Shown here one piece after another: positions 49,803-60,629 of a stretch of 64,000 nucleotides of DNA. The position numbers and the translations under genes are program-made. How positions within the stretch are numbered: the stretch's first letter is position 1; every line of letters starts with the position of its first letter. The notes under the pieces were generated by a model. That model searched no databases. It saw only the letters and a list, made by a program, of their open reading frames with translations, and was not told the origin of the DNA. This DNA is from SAR202 cluster bacterium (GTDB lineage Bacteria; Chloroflexota; Dehalococcoidia; Lucifugimonadales; VXLM01): positions 4,066 through 68,065 of the forward strand of contig JAKUTR010000012.1 of NCBI GenBank assembly GCA_022448725.1, written 5' to 3'.

Positions 49803-50366
49803 TCAAACCTCCAAGACCTCAGCTTCCTTAGCATTACCCAAGGTATCCATCTCAGAGGTACGAGCATCTGTCACCTTCTGAAGATCGTCTTGACCATAGC
49901 GTAGCTCGTCTTTGGAGATCTCTTTCTGCTTCTCCATCACACGTAATGTATCAATTCCATCTCGACGAATGTTACGAATAGAAATATGCCCCTCTTCAAC
50001 TTTCTTTCGAACTAGCTTGACTAAATCACGTCGCCGTTCTTCTGTTAGCTGGGGAATACTTATCCGAATCACGTTGCCGTCATTATTGGGCATTAATCCA
50101 AGGTCCGACGACATGATGCTCTTCTCAATATCTGCGATCGAACTCTTATCCCATGGTTGAATCATAAGAAGGCGAGCTTCGGGGACGGAAATCGAGGACA
50201 GTTGGTTCAGAGGAGTCGGAGCACCATAATAATCGACTACCAAACTCTCCACCAGAGCGGAGCTAGCACGACCCGTTCGGATAGTATTCAACTCGCGCAC
50301 TAGGGCTTCGACTGACCTCTCCATCCTATCGTCAGTTTCCAAAAGGATATCGTCTACTTCTGGCAT
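49803..50366 (-). CDS. frr: Ribosome recycling factor
   Basis: IRTGRA, PQLTEERR, IRNIRR. Confidence 0.98.
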   Translation of the reverse strand: MPEVDDILLETDDRMERSVEALVRELNTIRTGRASSALVESLVVDYYGAPTPLNQLSSISVPEARLLMIQPWDKSSIADIEKSIMSSDLGLMPNNDGNVIRISIPQLTEERRRDLVKLVRKKVEEGHISIRNIRRDGIDTLRVMEKQKEISKDELRYGQDDLQKVTDARTSEMDTLGNAKEAEVLEV

Positions 50367-50459
50367 CGCAAACCTCCACGGCGCAGTAGGGGAAGTTAAA
50401 GGGTATTAAAGGTGACGATAACTCCGATGGAGCCCAAGGTCAATACACAAGAGGGGGTG

Positions 50460-51209
<750 letters not shown>

Positions 51210-51707
51210 CTACTCCCCTAAAGAGAATCTGGCAATTCTCCGAATTTGGATATTCTCTCCCAACTTACCAATAGCTTCCTTGATGAGATCGTTTATTGTT
51301 AGTGCCGGGTCTCGGATAAAGTTCTGGCTGATCAAAATTTCGTCTTCGGACACATCTTCTTCTTTTGGAACATCATCTTCAGAAACGTACTTTGGAGACA
51401 TGGCAGCAACCTGCATCGCAATCTCATGGGCGAGTTCCTTGAAATCGCCGGTTCTCGCAACAAAGTCAGTTTCGCAGTTAAGTTCTACAAGAGCACCAAC
51501 ACGCCCTCCTCCATGGATGTAGGATTCGACGATCCCCTCTTCCGTATCGCGAGAAGCTTTTTTGGCTGCTGAGGCAATACCTTGTTCCCGAAGAATTTCT
51601 TGGGCTCTTTCGACGTCCCCATCACCCTGCTCAAGGGCTTTCTTGCAATCCATGATACCGGCACCAGTCTGCTCTCGTAGCGCCTTAATTGCGTTAGTTG
51701 TAACCAA
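51210..51707 (-). CDS. tsf: Elongation factor Ts, short form
   Basis: LREQTGAGIMDCKKAL, NCETDFVA, KLGENI; TTG 51707 follows AAGGAGG. Confidence 0.97.
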   Translation of the reverse strand: MVTTNAIKALREQTGAGIMDCKKALEQGDGDVERAQEILREQGIASAAKKASRDTEEGIVESYIHGGGRVGALVELNCETDFVARTGDFKELAHEIAMQVAAMSPKYVSEDDVPKEEDVSEDEILISQNFIRDPALTINDLIKEAIGKLGENIQIRRIARFSLGE

Positions 51708-51734
51708 TCTATCCTCCTTCAAATTGGCCCTTAC

Positions 51735-51766
51735 ACAAATTTGGCCCCGCGGGGGGCCAAATTTGT
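51735..51766. promoter_or_regulatory. 14-bp perfect hairpin between rpsB and tsf
   Basis: ACAAATTTGGCCCC-GCGG-GGGGCCAAATTTGT; no U tract on the minus strand. Confidence 0.65.
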
Positions 51767-51792
51767 CACCACATGTATCCTGTCCTTATTAA

Positions 51793-52662
51793 CTATTCAG
51801 TTGAATCTGGCTCCTCAGCAGGAGTCGCTTCCTCTGACGCCTCAGCTGAATCTGGCTCCTCAGCACTAGCCACAGATTGCACCAGTTGACCTTCGCTGAC
51901 CTCAAGCTCAGCATTCATAGCAATTCGCCGATTTGTACCTTCAATGTATGCATCCGCAATACGGGTTGTTACAAGCTTGATAGATCGAATTGCATCATCG
52001 TTACCAGGAATAGGGTAATCAATATCGGTCGGGTCGCAATCAGTATCTACAAGCGCGATGACAGGAATCCCGACTCGCTTTGCTTCGGCTACGGCGATCG
52101 ATTCCTTGCCTACATCAATGACAAATAAGGCACCAGGAATTTGCGTCATCTCCTTGATACCGCCAAAATGGCGGTTCATGCGCACGATCTCCGTCTCAAG
52201 CTTTAGACCTTCCTTTTTGATAAGAGCCGCAATCTCGCCGCGAGCACTTCTTTGCTCAAGACCAACGAGGTGATCGATACGCTTCTGAATCGTAGAAAAG
52301 TTGGTTAAAGTCCCTCCCAACCACCGGGTATTGATGAAAAATACGCCACATCTCTGCGCTTCAGCTATGACTGTATCTTGAGCTTGCTTTTTTGTCCCGA
52401 CGAAAATTATGGTTTTCCCCTGAGCCGCCAGGTCTTCAACAAAAGCAGCTGCCTGTTCGATGTACTGCAACGTCTGCTGCAGGTCGATAATGTGGATACC
52501 ATTCCGATGGGCAAAGATGTACTCTTGCATCTTCGGATTCCAGCGTCGGCGCTGGTGACCGAAGTGCACGCCAGCTTCTAACAAAGACTTCATTGAAATC
52601 TGCTGAGAGTCCTCTTGTGCTTGCTGGGGCTCCTCGCTAACCTTTTCTACCTCTTGAACCAT
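51793..52662 (-). CDS. rpsB: 30S ribosomal protein S2
   Basis: [32 protein letters not shown] before ATG 52662. Confidence 0.98.
   Translation of the reverse strand: MVQEVEKVSEEPQQAQEDSQQISMKSLLEAGVHFGHQRRRWNPKMQEYIFAHRNGIHIIDLQQTLQYIEQAAAFVEDLAAQGKTIIFVGTKKQAQDTVIAEAQRCGVFFINTRWLGGTLTNFSTIQKRIDHLVGLEQRSARGEIAALIKKEGLKLETEIVRMNRHFGGIKEMTQIPGALFVIDVGKESIAVAEAKRVGIPVIALVDTDCDPTDIDYPIPGNDDAIRSIKLVTTRIADAYIEGTNRRIAMNAELEVSEGQLVQSVASAEEPDSAEASEEATPAEEPDSTE
51802..51865. repeat. 19-bp direct repeat in the rpsB acidic tail (AEEPDS twice)
   Basis: TGAATCTGGCTCCTCAGCA at 51802-51820 and 51847-51865. Confidence 0.8.
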
Positions 52663-52816
52663 ACGTCTCCTTATTACGTTAACTCCCCTAAACATCCGAT
52701 TTAATGGGTGCCAAACGCCGACGGAATTATATCATAAGCTTTACGGCAAGGTAAACAATCTTGTCACAGGCTGCACGGCTCAAACACCCTGTCGAGCCTC
52801 CGAAGATGGTCAGCAA

Positions 52817-53581
52817 TCAAAGTGCCCTGGCAACCCATATCATTTCGTCGCTTTCCGGACCAAATTCTTCAGAATCAAAGCTTCCATAAAGATCGACAAC
52901 CTCAAACCCACAGCGAGCCAAAAGGTGATCTAGTTCATACCGGTAGGCGTATCTCATCTCATATTCATGATATGACTTCCGGACAACTTCTCCTTTGAAG
53001 TCAAGTTGTTCAAGGCTCAATCTAACCGCAATCACTTGATTGTAACTATCCACCGCTGTTTGCTGGGATAGCACGCTACGGGAACCAGTCTGGGGATCAG
53101 TCAAGTCGCGGAGATGATATGTAGAGTCTTCATCATCACCTAAACGATGGAGTTCTGGTACGAACGCACTGAAAATCAGTTTCCCTCCAGGAGCAAGGTG
53201 ACACTTTATACGGTCAAGCGCCGCTATCTGATCTTCAACGGCCATCAACCCCAGGAAACTACGAAAAGGGATAATCACTAATGGGAATTGGCGATCGAGA
53301 GCAAAATCGCGCATATCCCCCAACTCCAAGACCGGTTGTACACCAGCGTTTGCAGCCTTCTGCTTTGCCAGATCAAGCATAGCAACTGAGTTGTCGATAC
53401 CCACAATCTCGCAACCCGCTGCAGCAACAGGAATGGTAACCCGTCCGGTCCCACAACCCAATTCCAGGACTGGCCCGTCGCACTGTTGTGCTCGCTCTAC
53501 ATAGAACTGAATATCATCTCTGACGTATGAGTACACAATATCGTAGATGTCAGCCCAATTATCGTAAAGTGTCATTGTCAC
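52817..53581 (-). CDS. Class I SAM-dependent methyltransferase
   Basis: VLELGCGTGR, GIDNS, GDMRDF, HLAPGG. Confidence 0.92.
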   Translation of the reverse strand: MTMTLYDNWADIYDIVYSYVRDDIQFYVERAQQCDGPVLELGCGTGRVTIPVAAAGCEIVGIDNSVAMLDLAKQKAANAGVQPVLELGDMRDFALDRQFPLVIIPFRSFLGLMAVEDQIAALDRIKCHLAPGGKLIFSAFVPELHRLGDDEDSTYHLRDLTDPQTGSRSVLSQQTAVDSYNQVIAVRLSLEQLDFKGEVVRKSYHEYEMRYAYRYELDHLLARCGFEVVDLYGSFDSEEFGPESDEMIWVARAL

Positions 53582-54156
53582 TACTCAGCTAGGCCTTCCA
53601 ACGCTATACGGAGTTTCTCTTCAAAACTCAGTTCGTCTTCTATCGGTATAGCGTTAACAGCGACAGAAACTTCGGTTGTCGAGTATCCGAGAGCTGTTAA
53701 AGCCTCAATAACTTCACTTTCTGTGGATGTTGTTGCGCTTGTTGTAATCTCCGCAGTCAGCTTACCTTTTAGTTCAAGGATTATGCGCTCAGCTATACGT
53801 GCTCCTACACCAGATACGCCCTTAAATACACTTGCATCCTGAGAAGCTACAGCTACAGCAAGCTGCTCTGGCGTCAACCTCGACAAGATCGAGAGGGCTA
53901 CTCGAGGCCCAACTCCGTTAACTCCAAGAAGCGCTTCAAAGGTTTTGCGTCCTTCGGGGGCTGGGAAACCATAGAGGTCAAGACTATCCTCTTTTACCTG
54001 AAGCGAAGTATGTAGTTTAACAATATCCCCGACAACTCCAACGCGCTCAATTAACGCAGTAGGTACACTGACCCTTAATCCCACTCCACCTCCAACAATT
54101 ACATCGACCCAATCGACTCCTGCTTCACTAAGCCTACCTTCAATAGTAGTGATCAC
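53581..54156 (-). CDS. ruvA: Holliday junction branch migration protein RuvA
   Basis: LYGF, VNGVGPRVA, AERIILELK, ALTALGY. Confidence 0.95.
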   Translation of the reverse strand: MITTIEGRLSEAGVDWVDVIVGGGVGLRVSVPTALIERVGVVGDIVKLHTSLQVKEDSLDLYGFPAPEGRKTFEALLGVNGVGPRVALSILSRLTPEQLAVAVASQDASVFKGVSGVGARIAERIILELKGKLTAEITTSATTSTESEVIEALTALGYSTTEVSVAVNAIPIEDELSFEEKLRIALEGLAE

Positions 54157-54159
54157 AAA

Positions 54160-54654
54160 TTATTCCTTGATAACTAATTGACTAATAATATTTGAGCTAG
54201 CATGGCAGATTGCCACAGCGAGAGCATCGGATTCATCTGAAGTCTCATATTCAGCATCTTCGCCTAAGAAAATTCGGACCATCTCCTGTACTTGTTCCTT
54301 AGAACTCCCTCCATAATCAGTGACCGCCTGTTTAATTTGTGTCGGAGCGTAAGTTAGTACAGGCATCTCATTCTCCGCAGCAACTAACATTACAACAGCC
54401 TGTGCATGTCCTATGGCCATTGCGGACTTCACATTGCGTGCAGCGAAAGGTTCCTCCACAGCAAGCTCATCTGGATTCCAGCGACTCACCACGTCTGATA
54501 CAGCATGGTACAAATATCTCAACCGCTGAGACATTGGACTATTTTTAGTTGGGGACACAACTTCGGAGTAGACGTAGGTACAATCGGCGCCATCAGCATC
54601 AACGACACCGATGCCCATATGGTATGTACCTGGATCTATACCAATAATTCTCAT
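54160..54654 (-). CDS. ruvC: Crossover junction endodeoxyribonuclease RuvC
   Basis: IIGIDPG, AVEE, KEQVQEMV, DESDALAVAICH. Confidence 0.96.
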   Translation of the reverse strand: MRIIGIDPGTYHMGIGVVDADGADCTYVYSEVVSPTKNSPMSQRLRYLYHAVSDVVSRWNPDELAVEEPFAARNVKSAMAIGHAQAVVMLVAAENEMPVLTYAPTQIKQAVTDYGGSSKEQVQEMVRIFLGEDAEYETSDESDALAVAICHASSNIISQLVIKE

Positions 54655-54793
54655 GACGGTAGCCTCTACCTCGCCGAGAGAAAGTAGCAACCGCATACTC
54701 CAGAATAATCAAGCAATCGCTCAATTTGGCCGGTGTACCGCATCTGGTAACACTCCTCCGTCTTGGTATCCACGGTGAGTTTAGCTAAAATCC

Positions 54794-55552
54794 CTACACA
54801 TCTTCGCTAAACTCACGGAGCGCATCTTCTGGGAAGTCTGCGTTAGAAAAAACCTTCTGGACATCATCAAGTTCCTCTATTTGGTCCAACAGTTTTAAAG
54901 TCCTCAACGCCTCTTTAGCCTCGAGGATCACTTGACTCTGGGGAATCATTGCCAGCTCAGACGAAGCTATCGAGACGCCAGATTCAGTGAGTGCAGCCCG
55001 GACACCTTCAAGATCATCAGGAGCTGAGTAAAAGCTCGCTGCCCCACCATCAGTCTCGAAATCGTCGGCCCCTGCGTCAATAGCTATAAGGGCTAGATCA
55101 TCTGCGTCCGTTTCACCTAGATCGGCGATCACAACACCTTTTTGATCGAACTGCCACGCTACAGCTCCAGCATTCGCCATCGTACCACCGGCTTTTGTCA
55201 ATGTAGACCGTATGTCGGAAACCGTGCGGTTACGATTATCCGTAAGTACCTCCATCAAAATTGCTACCCCACCTGGCGCATAACCTTCATAGGTGCTCTC
55301 GACCATCTGCTCGCCTTCATCACCCTCTCCAGTAGCACGCTTTATAGCTCGATCGATGGTATCAGCAGGCATGTTACTATCCCGGGCACGTTGCACTGCC
55401 ATGCGAAGCTTAAAATTCATCTCCAAGTCAGATCCACCCTGCTTTGCAGCAATGATGACTTCCTTGGTGAGCTTGGTGAACAGTTTGCCGCGACGAGCGT
55501 CAGTGACTGCTTTCCCATGTTTTATTGTTGACCATTTGGAGTGGCCTGACAT
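54794..55552 (-). CDS. yebC: YebC/PmpR family protein
   Basis: MSGHSKWSTIKH, YEGYAPGG, TDNRNRT, DDVQKVFSN. Confidence 0.96.
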   Translation of the reverse strand: MSGHSKWSTIKHGKAVTDARRGKLFTKLTKEVIIAAKQGGSDLEMNFKLRMAVQRARDSNMPADTIDRAIKRATGEGDEGEQMVESTYEGYAPGGVAILMEVLTDNRNRTVSDIRSTLTKAGGTMANAGAVAWQFDQKGVVIADLGETDADDLALIAIDAGADDFETDGGAASFYSAPDDLEGVRAALTESGVSIASSELAMIPQSQVILEAKEALRTLKLLDQIEELDDVQKVFSNADFPEDALREFSEDV

Positions 55553-55618
55553 GGCTAGACTCCTTCGTACAGGTGTTTAGAGGATTATGTGAATTCTAGC
55601 ACGGGATTTTCCTACTGG

Positions 55619-56101
55619 TCAAAGGGTGTCCAGAGGAAAGGAAACTGTAATTCGCTTTGCTTCAATATCCACGTCCACTATGGTCTCCTGAATAGCAGGA
55701 ACGAGCACCTCGGCCCCAGTTCCTTCCCTTACTACGAACACATCGTTCGCTCCAGTTGCAATGATCTCTCGGAGCGTCCCCATATGTTCTCCGCTGTCCG
55801 TCCAAACCGAGCAACCGATTAGATGATAGTGATAGTAACTCCCATTAGATAGGGCAGCCAAACTACTTGTGGATACGGTTATCTCCTGACCTCGCAGAGA
55901 TTCAGCTGTGGTGCGATCGGTGACGATATCCAGAGTAAGAATAAAGCCCTGTTTCCAATCTCGTTTATGAACAACGGTAGCAATTCGACCTTGCAGTATA
56001 ACGCTGTCCCCAGGAGCAAACCGCGACTCAACATCAGTGTAGGACTTGACCTTGACATCACCATGAACACCCCAGGCGCCAACGACGATACCCACAAGCA
56101 C
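55619..56101 (-). CDS. rimM: Ribosome maturation factor RimM
   Basis: GAWGVHGDV, YYHYHLIG, TGANDV, VLVPA; true start may lie slightly upstream. Confidence 0.93.
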   Translation of the reverse strand: MLVGIVVGAWGVHGDVKVKSYTDVESRFAPGDSVILQGRIATVVHKRDWKQGFILTLDIVTDRTTAESLRGQEITVSTSSLAALSNGSYYHYHLIGCSVWTDSGEHMGTLREIIATGANDVFVVREGTGAEVLVPAIQETIVDVDIEAKRITVSFPLDTL

Positions 56102-56153
56102 CTGTTCGGTTTGTAAAAGACGTTGGTCCGAACCAGATGAGTCAGGCAGTGGG

Positions 56154-56381
56154 TTAATCGATCTCTAGAATCGCTCGGGTGTCCCGTTTAACTGCTGATA
56201 CGCGAAGAAGTGACCGAATCGCCTGAGCCACCCTGCCTTGTCTACCAATGACCTTACCCTTGTCGTCAGGCGCGACTTCTAGGTTAATGATCACCCGTTC
56301 GTCAAGATCATCCTCAGTCACCTGAACTTGGTCAGGCTCAGAAACTATCGATTTCGCTATGTACTCAACCAGGTCTTTCAT
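56154..56381 (-). CDS. khpA: KH-domain RNA-binding protein KhpA
   Basis: GKVIGRQGR; lies between rpsP and rimM. Confidence 0.92.
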   Translation of the reverse strand: MKDLVEYIAKSIVSEPDQVQVTEDDLDERVIINLEVAPDDKGKVIGRQGRVAQAIRSLLRVSAVKRDTRAILEID

Positions 56382-56692
56382 TTCTCTTGAGCAACCGCCT
56401 CGGGAGCTGGATCAGTTAGGAGCGATGCTATTCGAGGTGGGAGACTGTCTAGATCAATGGTACCGAGCTTCCTAAGGAGGTGGGCAACAGTATCCGATGG
56501 CTGTGCTCCGACACGTAGCCACTTAAGCATTTTCTCCTCGTCGATAACAACTTCGGGAGGATCAGGTATCGGATTGTAGTGTCCAAGGTGGTCTACAAAG
56601 CTGCCATCACGAGCGGAACGCTTGTCGGCAACAACGACCCTGTAGCTAGGCTGTTTTTTAGCTCCTGTACGTCGGAGGCGAATTCGTAGCAT
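56378..56692 (-). CDS. rpsP: 30S ribosomal protein S16
   Basis: IRLRRTGAKKQPSYRVVVAD, GAQPSDTV. Confidence 0.98.
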   Translation of the reverse strand: MLRIRLRRTGAKKQPSYRVVVADKRSARDGSFVDHLGHYNPIPDPPEVVIDEEKMLKWLRVGAQPSDTVAHLLRKLGTIDLDSLPPRIASLLTDPAPEAVAQEK

Positions 56693-56771
56693 GAAATTGT
56701 AGTTCCTAAACGAAAAGTATACGAGGAAAAATTGTAGACTTGAGAAGAGCCAGATGTCAATCTAATGCAGT

Positions 56772-56798
56772 GCCTTCACACTGTTATAATTTGAAGGC
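56772..56798 (+). promoter_or_regulatory. Extended -10 promoter of pyrD flanked by a 7-bp inverted repeat
   Basis: GCCTTCA-cacTGtTATAATt-TGAAGGC. Confidence 0.5.
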
Positions 56799-56841
56799 GT
56801 GCAAAGTATATTAGGTCAGTCCGGCTGAAACGAGAGGCGTT

Positions 56842-57915
56842 ATGTTGACCCTGGGCCTCGACAAATACGAGGACATCTTTCGACCTCTGTTATTTCGACT
56901 CCCTGCAGAAACTTCACAAAATATCGCCGAGTACGCTCTCAGTCACCAATGGTTATGGCGTGGTCTTGGCACTTTAGCCACACACCGTGATAAGCAACTC
57001 GAGTCGGAATATTGCGGGATCAAACTCAAGAATCCGATCGGACTCGCTGCTGGATTTGACAAGAACTGTGAAATGATCCCGTCCCTTGCAAACCTTGGCT
57101 TCGGATACTTAACTGTGGGTACTGTAACGGAGGAACCGCGCGCAGGTAACACTAAGCCACGACTACTTCGGATACCCGAGCAACGAGCAATCTTGAACGC
57201 CTTGGGCTTCCCTGGGACCGGGCTTGTCAAAGCAGCGCATAGACTTGAGGAAGTACAACATCTTACGAAGTCAGTACCAATCATTGTGAGTATTTCCGGG
57301 ACGACAGAAGATCAAATAGTCCGGTGCCATCGCCGGCTTGAGCCGATATGCTCAGCAGTCGAACTTAATATTAGCTCCCCCAATACTGCCGGCCTAAAGA
57401 TTTTCCATCAATCCGATAATCTCACCAAGCTACTCGACGCAGTTAACAAACAGAGGGAAAGACCCCTTGCAGTCAAACTACCACCATTCGTCGCTTCGAA
57501 CAGTTCAGATGCTGAGTCACACCGTGAATCAGTCTTAGCACTAGTAAAAGGATGCAGCAGCGCGGGGATCGATGCTGTGACTATCGCTAACTCCCTACCC
57601 ACCAAAGACCCGCGCATGGCCGTCGGAATGGGTGGTATGAGCGGAAAACCCGTTTTCAATGATATGTTGGATATGGTCCGCGCCGTTAGATCAGAGATTG
57701 GGGGCAGTTTAGCCATCAACGCCTGTGGAGGTATCTTCACCGGCCAAGATGCGGCCGACGCACTCTCCGCAGGTGCCACGACAGTCCAGTTGTATACAGG
57801 AATGGTGTACCGCGGACCGTGGGTAGCCAACAAAATCGGGAGAGAACTTTCATCACAAATGATGTCTCGTGGTTTTCGTTCCTTGGACCAATTCCGTATC
57901 GGCACGACTGAATGA
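56842..57915 (+). CDS. pyrD: Dihydroorotate dehydrogenase, quinone-dependent class 2
   Basis: GLAAGFDKN, NISSPNT (Ser base), VKLPP, GGMSG, VQLYTG. Confidence 0.93.
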   Translation: MLTLGLDKYEDIFRPLLFRLPAETSQNIAEYALSHQWLWRGLGTLATHRDKQLESEYCGIKLKNPIGLAAGFDKNCEMIPSLANLGFGYLTVGTVTEEPRAGNTKPRLLRIPEQRAILNALGFPGTGLVKAAHRLEEVQHLTKSVPIIVSISGTTEDQIVRCHRRLEPICSAVELNISSPNTAGLKIFHQSDNLTKLLDAVNKQRERPLAVKLPPFVASNSSDAESHRESVLALVKGCSSAGIDAVTIANSLPTKDPRMAVGMGGMSGKPVFNDMLDMVRAVRSEIGGSLAINACGGIFTGQDAADALSAGATTVQLYTGMVYRGPWVANKIGRELSSQMMSRGFRSLDQFRIGTTE

Positions 57916-57947
57916 GTAGTCGATGAAGGTGGTAAAGTTTAGCCGGT

Positions 57948-58856
57948 ATGGAAAGCGTAATACATACTGAGAACCTTGCGAAGCTCTACGGTGACTTGCC
58001 CGCTGTCATGGATCTCAATCTCGATGTATTCAAAGGAGAAGTCTACGGATACCTTGGCCCTAATGGCGCTGGCAAATCCACAACTATCCGTGTGCTCTTA
58101 GACCATATACGACCAACGACCGGACTCGCATCGATCTTTGGGCTTGATACACGCACTGACAGTGTCGAGATCAAAAGCCGCGTTGGGTATTTACCCGGCG
58201 ACCTTACGCTCTACGAAAATATGACTGGTAAGGATATGCTGACCTATTTCGGTAGTCTCCGGGGGAGCTTCGACTCACCATACGTTAATGAACTTGCTGA
58301 ACGCTTCGACTGCGATCTAAGCCGGAGACTCTCTGAGTTATCCCGTGGAAACCGTCAAAAAGTTGGTCTGATTCAAGCATTCATGGGTAAGCCTGAGTTA
58401 CTTATCCTCGACGAACCCACAACTGGGCTTGACCCTCTGATTCAACAGGAGTTCAATTCACTGATTCAAGAGATCACCCACGAAGGACGGACAGTCTTTT
58501 TCTCCTCCCATATTCTTCCCGAGGTAGAAAGGATATGTGACAGGATCGGTATCATTCGAGAGGGTCGCCTCACAGTTGTTGAAGACATGCAAGAGTTCAC
58601 AAACCAGTCAACCTTCCATCGGCTTGAGATTGAATTTAATACGGACTTTACCCCAGAACGATTCAGCCTGATTCCCGGAGTATCCAACCTGAAGACAGAG
58701 GGACGTAAACTGACCTGCAGCGTAACAGGCAGTCCGGACAAATTTATCAAGGCAATTGCAGAACTAGAGGTTGCGAATCTGATTAGTCAGGAGCCTTCTC
58801 TCGAAGAGAGGTTCCTCACACTGTACGGAGAGAAAAACACAGACGATGTTGAGTAA
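57948..58856 (+). CDS. ABC exporter ATP-binding protein
   Basis: GPNGAGKST, LSRGNRQK, LDEPTTGLD, SSH. Confidence 0.95.
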   Translation: MESVIHTENLAKLYGDLPAVMDLNLDVFKGEVYGYLGPNGAGKSTTIRVLLDHIRPTTGLASIFGLDTRTDSVEIKSRVGYLPGDLTLYENMTGKDMLTYFGSLRGSFDSPYVNELAERFDCDLSRRLSELSRGNRQKVGLIQAFMGKPELLILDEPTTGLDPLIQQEFNSLIQEITHEGRTVFFSSHILPEVERICDRIGIIREGRLTVVEDMQEFTNQSTFHRLEIEFNTDFTPERFSLIPGVSNLKTEGRKLTCSVTGSPDKFIKAIAELEVANLISQEPSLEERFLTLYGEKNTDDVE

Positions 58857-59637
58857 CGTATTTTTGAAGTCTCTTCGTGATCTAACACGTCCACTGATCT
58901 TTTGGGGGACAGGCGTACTCTTATACGGGCTAGTCATAGTGCTGTTCTACCCTACCATCAGCGAAGTCCCTGAACTCAACGAAATCTTCCCTGAGGACTC
59001 GGTCCTAAGTGTAGCGTTTGGCGGCGGGGACCTAACATCTCCTGAGGGCTTTCTAAACGCAGAAGTGTTTTCGTTCATGTGGCCGCTCCTATTTATGATT
59101 TTCTCAGTGTGGATAGGTACGGCTAGTATTGCCGGGGAGGAGAGAAGAGGCACACTGGAAATCCTGTTAGCACTTCCTATAACGCGGTCCAGCATAGTTC
59201 TCCAAAAATCCGGTGTTATTTTCGTCGCGAATATCCTCCTTGGACTATCCGGGTGGATTGGCCTTGCTGCAGGTTTCACCATCATTTCCGTAGATGTTGA
59301 TATATTCGTGTTCATCTCCCCTATCGTCATGCTTGCACTATTGGGAAGTTTACTGGGGACAATTGCACTGCTTATCGGAAGCTCTACTGGAAAAACAGGA
59401 CTAGCTATTGGAGTAACCGCAACCGTAGGCACGGCGGCGTACTTACTAAACACTTTGGGCCAACTCGTAGACGGCCTAGGGTGGATAAGGTACGGATCCC
59501 CACTCTATTATTACAGTGGTGCAAATCCACTAGAACATGGCCTAAGTTTGGGGCATTCAGTCGTGATGGCTTGCACGGTAATAGTCTTCATCTCTATCAG
59601 TATGATCGTATTTAATAAGCGTGACATCAACTCATAA
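58846..59637 (+). CDS. ABC-2 type exporter permease
   Basis: About 6 TM; EERRGTLEILLALPITR; ends KRDI; overlaps the ATPase gene. Confidence 0.9.
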   Translation: MLSNVFLKSLRDLTRPLIFWGTGVLLYGLVIVLFYPTISEVPELNEIFPEDSVLSVAFGGGDLTSPEGFLNAEVFSFMWPLLFMIFSVWIGTASIAGEERRGTLEILLALPITRSSIVLQKSGVIFVANILLGLSGWIGLAAGFTIISVDVDIFVFISPIVMLALLGSLLGTIALLIGSSTGKTGLAIGVTATVGTAAYLLNTLGQLVDGLGWIRYGSPLYYYSGANPLEHGLSLGHSVVMACTVIVFISISMIVFNKRDINS

Positions 59638-59736
59638 ATGGGTAAGTGGATAGCCACCTAATTACAGAGACACCAATACAATCACAACGGGGGATCTACG
59701 CCAAAAAGAATCCACCTTAAGCTCACGGCAAAATGT

Positions 59737-60603
59737 TTACTCGCTGTCCCCTTTTGCCATCTGAATGTCCCTACGAAGCGCCTCTACATCAATGTACCCA
59801 AGTGCAACAGCCTTGGATAAATCTGTATCCGCATTTACTTCGTCTCCCATATGGGCGTATGCAACAGCGCGGACTGCATAAGTACCAGGTATGTCCGGTA
59901 ACTGTCGGATCACCACTGAGAAATCACTAATTGCCTGAGAATACCGGCCCCGAGCCGAATGTACACGCCCACGCCCAAAGTATGCCTCAACAATGGAACT
60001 ATCTAGCGATATAACCTCATCATAATCCTTGATTGCTTCATCCAATCTACCAAGTGCTGCCTTCGCTTCTGCCCGCCCAAAGTAAGCATCCGGTTTGGTC
60101 GAATCCAACCTAACTGCATCCTCATAGCGCCATAATGCGCGTTGGTAATCACCCAGCCTCAGGTGTACTTCGCCTAAAGCGTAGAACGCTTTTCGTTCAA
60201 GAGGGTCTAGTGAGGTAGCGTGTTGGTAATCGACAACCGCCAGCGGGATGAGACCGGCCCGTTCATACGCAAGCCCTCGGTTGTAGTATAAAAACCCGAG
60301 CAGTGGATTTAACCCTAGGGCAAATCCAAAATCAATTACCGCCTCATCGTAGCGACCAAGATCCATATTAGCGACACCACGATTGCTATATGCTTCGATA
60401 TACGTTGCATCCAACTCAATGGCCTTATCGTACTGAGCAATTGCACCTTCTAGGTTGCCTCTACTCTGGAGCGCTAAACCGGTTGCATAGAATTTCTCAG
60501 CGGTATCCTCTGGTGACTGGGTATATAGGTAAGCACCAGCGCCCAAGCCCAGCATACCAAGGCTTATAAATCCAAGAGCTATTAAGATAATTTTACGATT
60601 CAA
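59737..60603 (-). CDS. Membrane-anchored tetratricopeptide-repeat protein
   Basis: N-terminal TM, then repeated AY.NRG...AI.DY..AI.LD units. Confidence 0.88.
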   Translation of the reverse strand: MNRKIILIALGFISLGMLGLGAGAYLYTQSPEDTAEKFYATGLALQSRGNLEGAIAQYDKAIELDATYIEAYSNRGVANMDLGRYDEAVIDFGFALGLNPLLGFLYYNRGLAYERAGLIPLAVVDYQHATSLDPLERKAFYALGEVHLRLGDYQRALWRYEDAVRLDSTKPDAYFGRAEAKAALGRLDEAIKDYDEVISLDSSIVEAYFGRGRVHSARGRYSQAISDFSVVIRQLPDIPGTYAVRAVAYAHMGDEVNADTDLSKAVALGYIDVEALRRDIQMAKGDSE

Positions 60604-60629
60604 GTTACTCCTGATGCTTGAATTGGTGA

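Noticed and set aside
51210..51707. Short EF-Ts as a possible pseudogene
   Set aside because: Short EF-Ts forms are known in several phyla, and the TDFV motif and C-terminus are intact.
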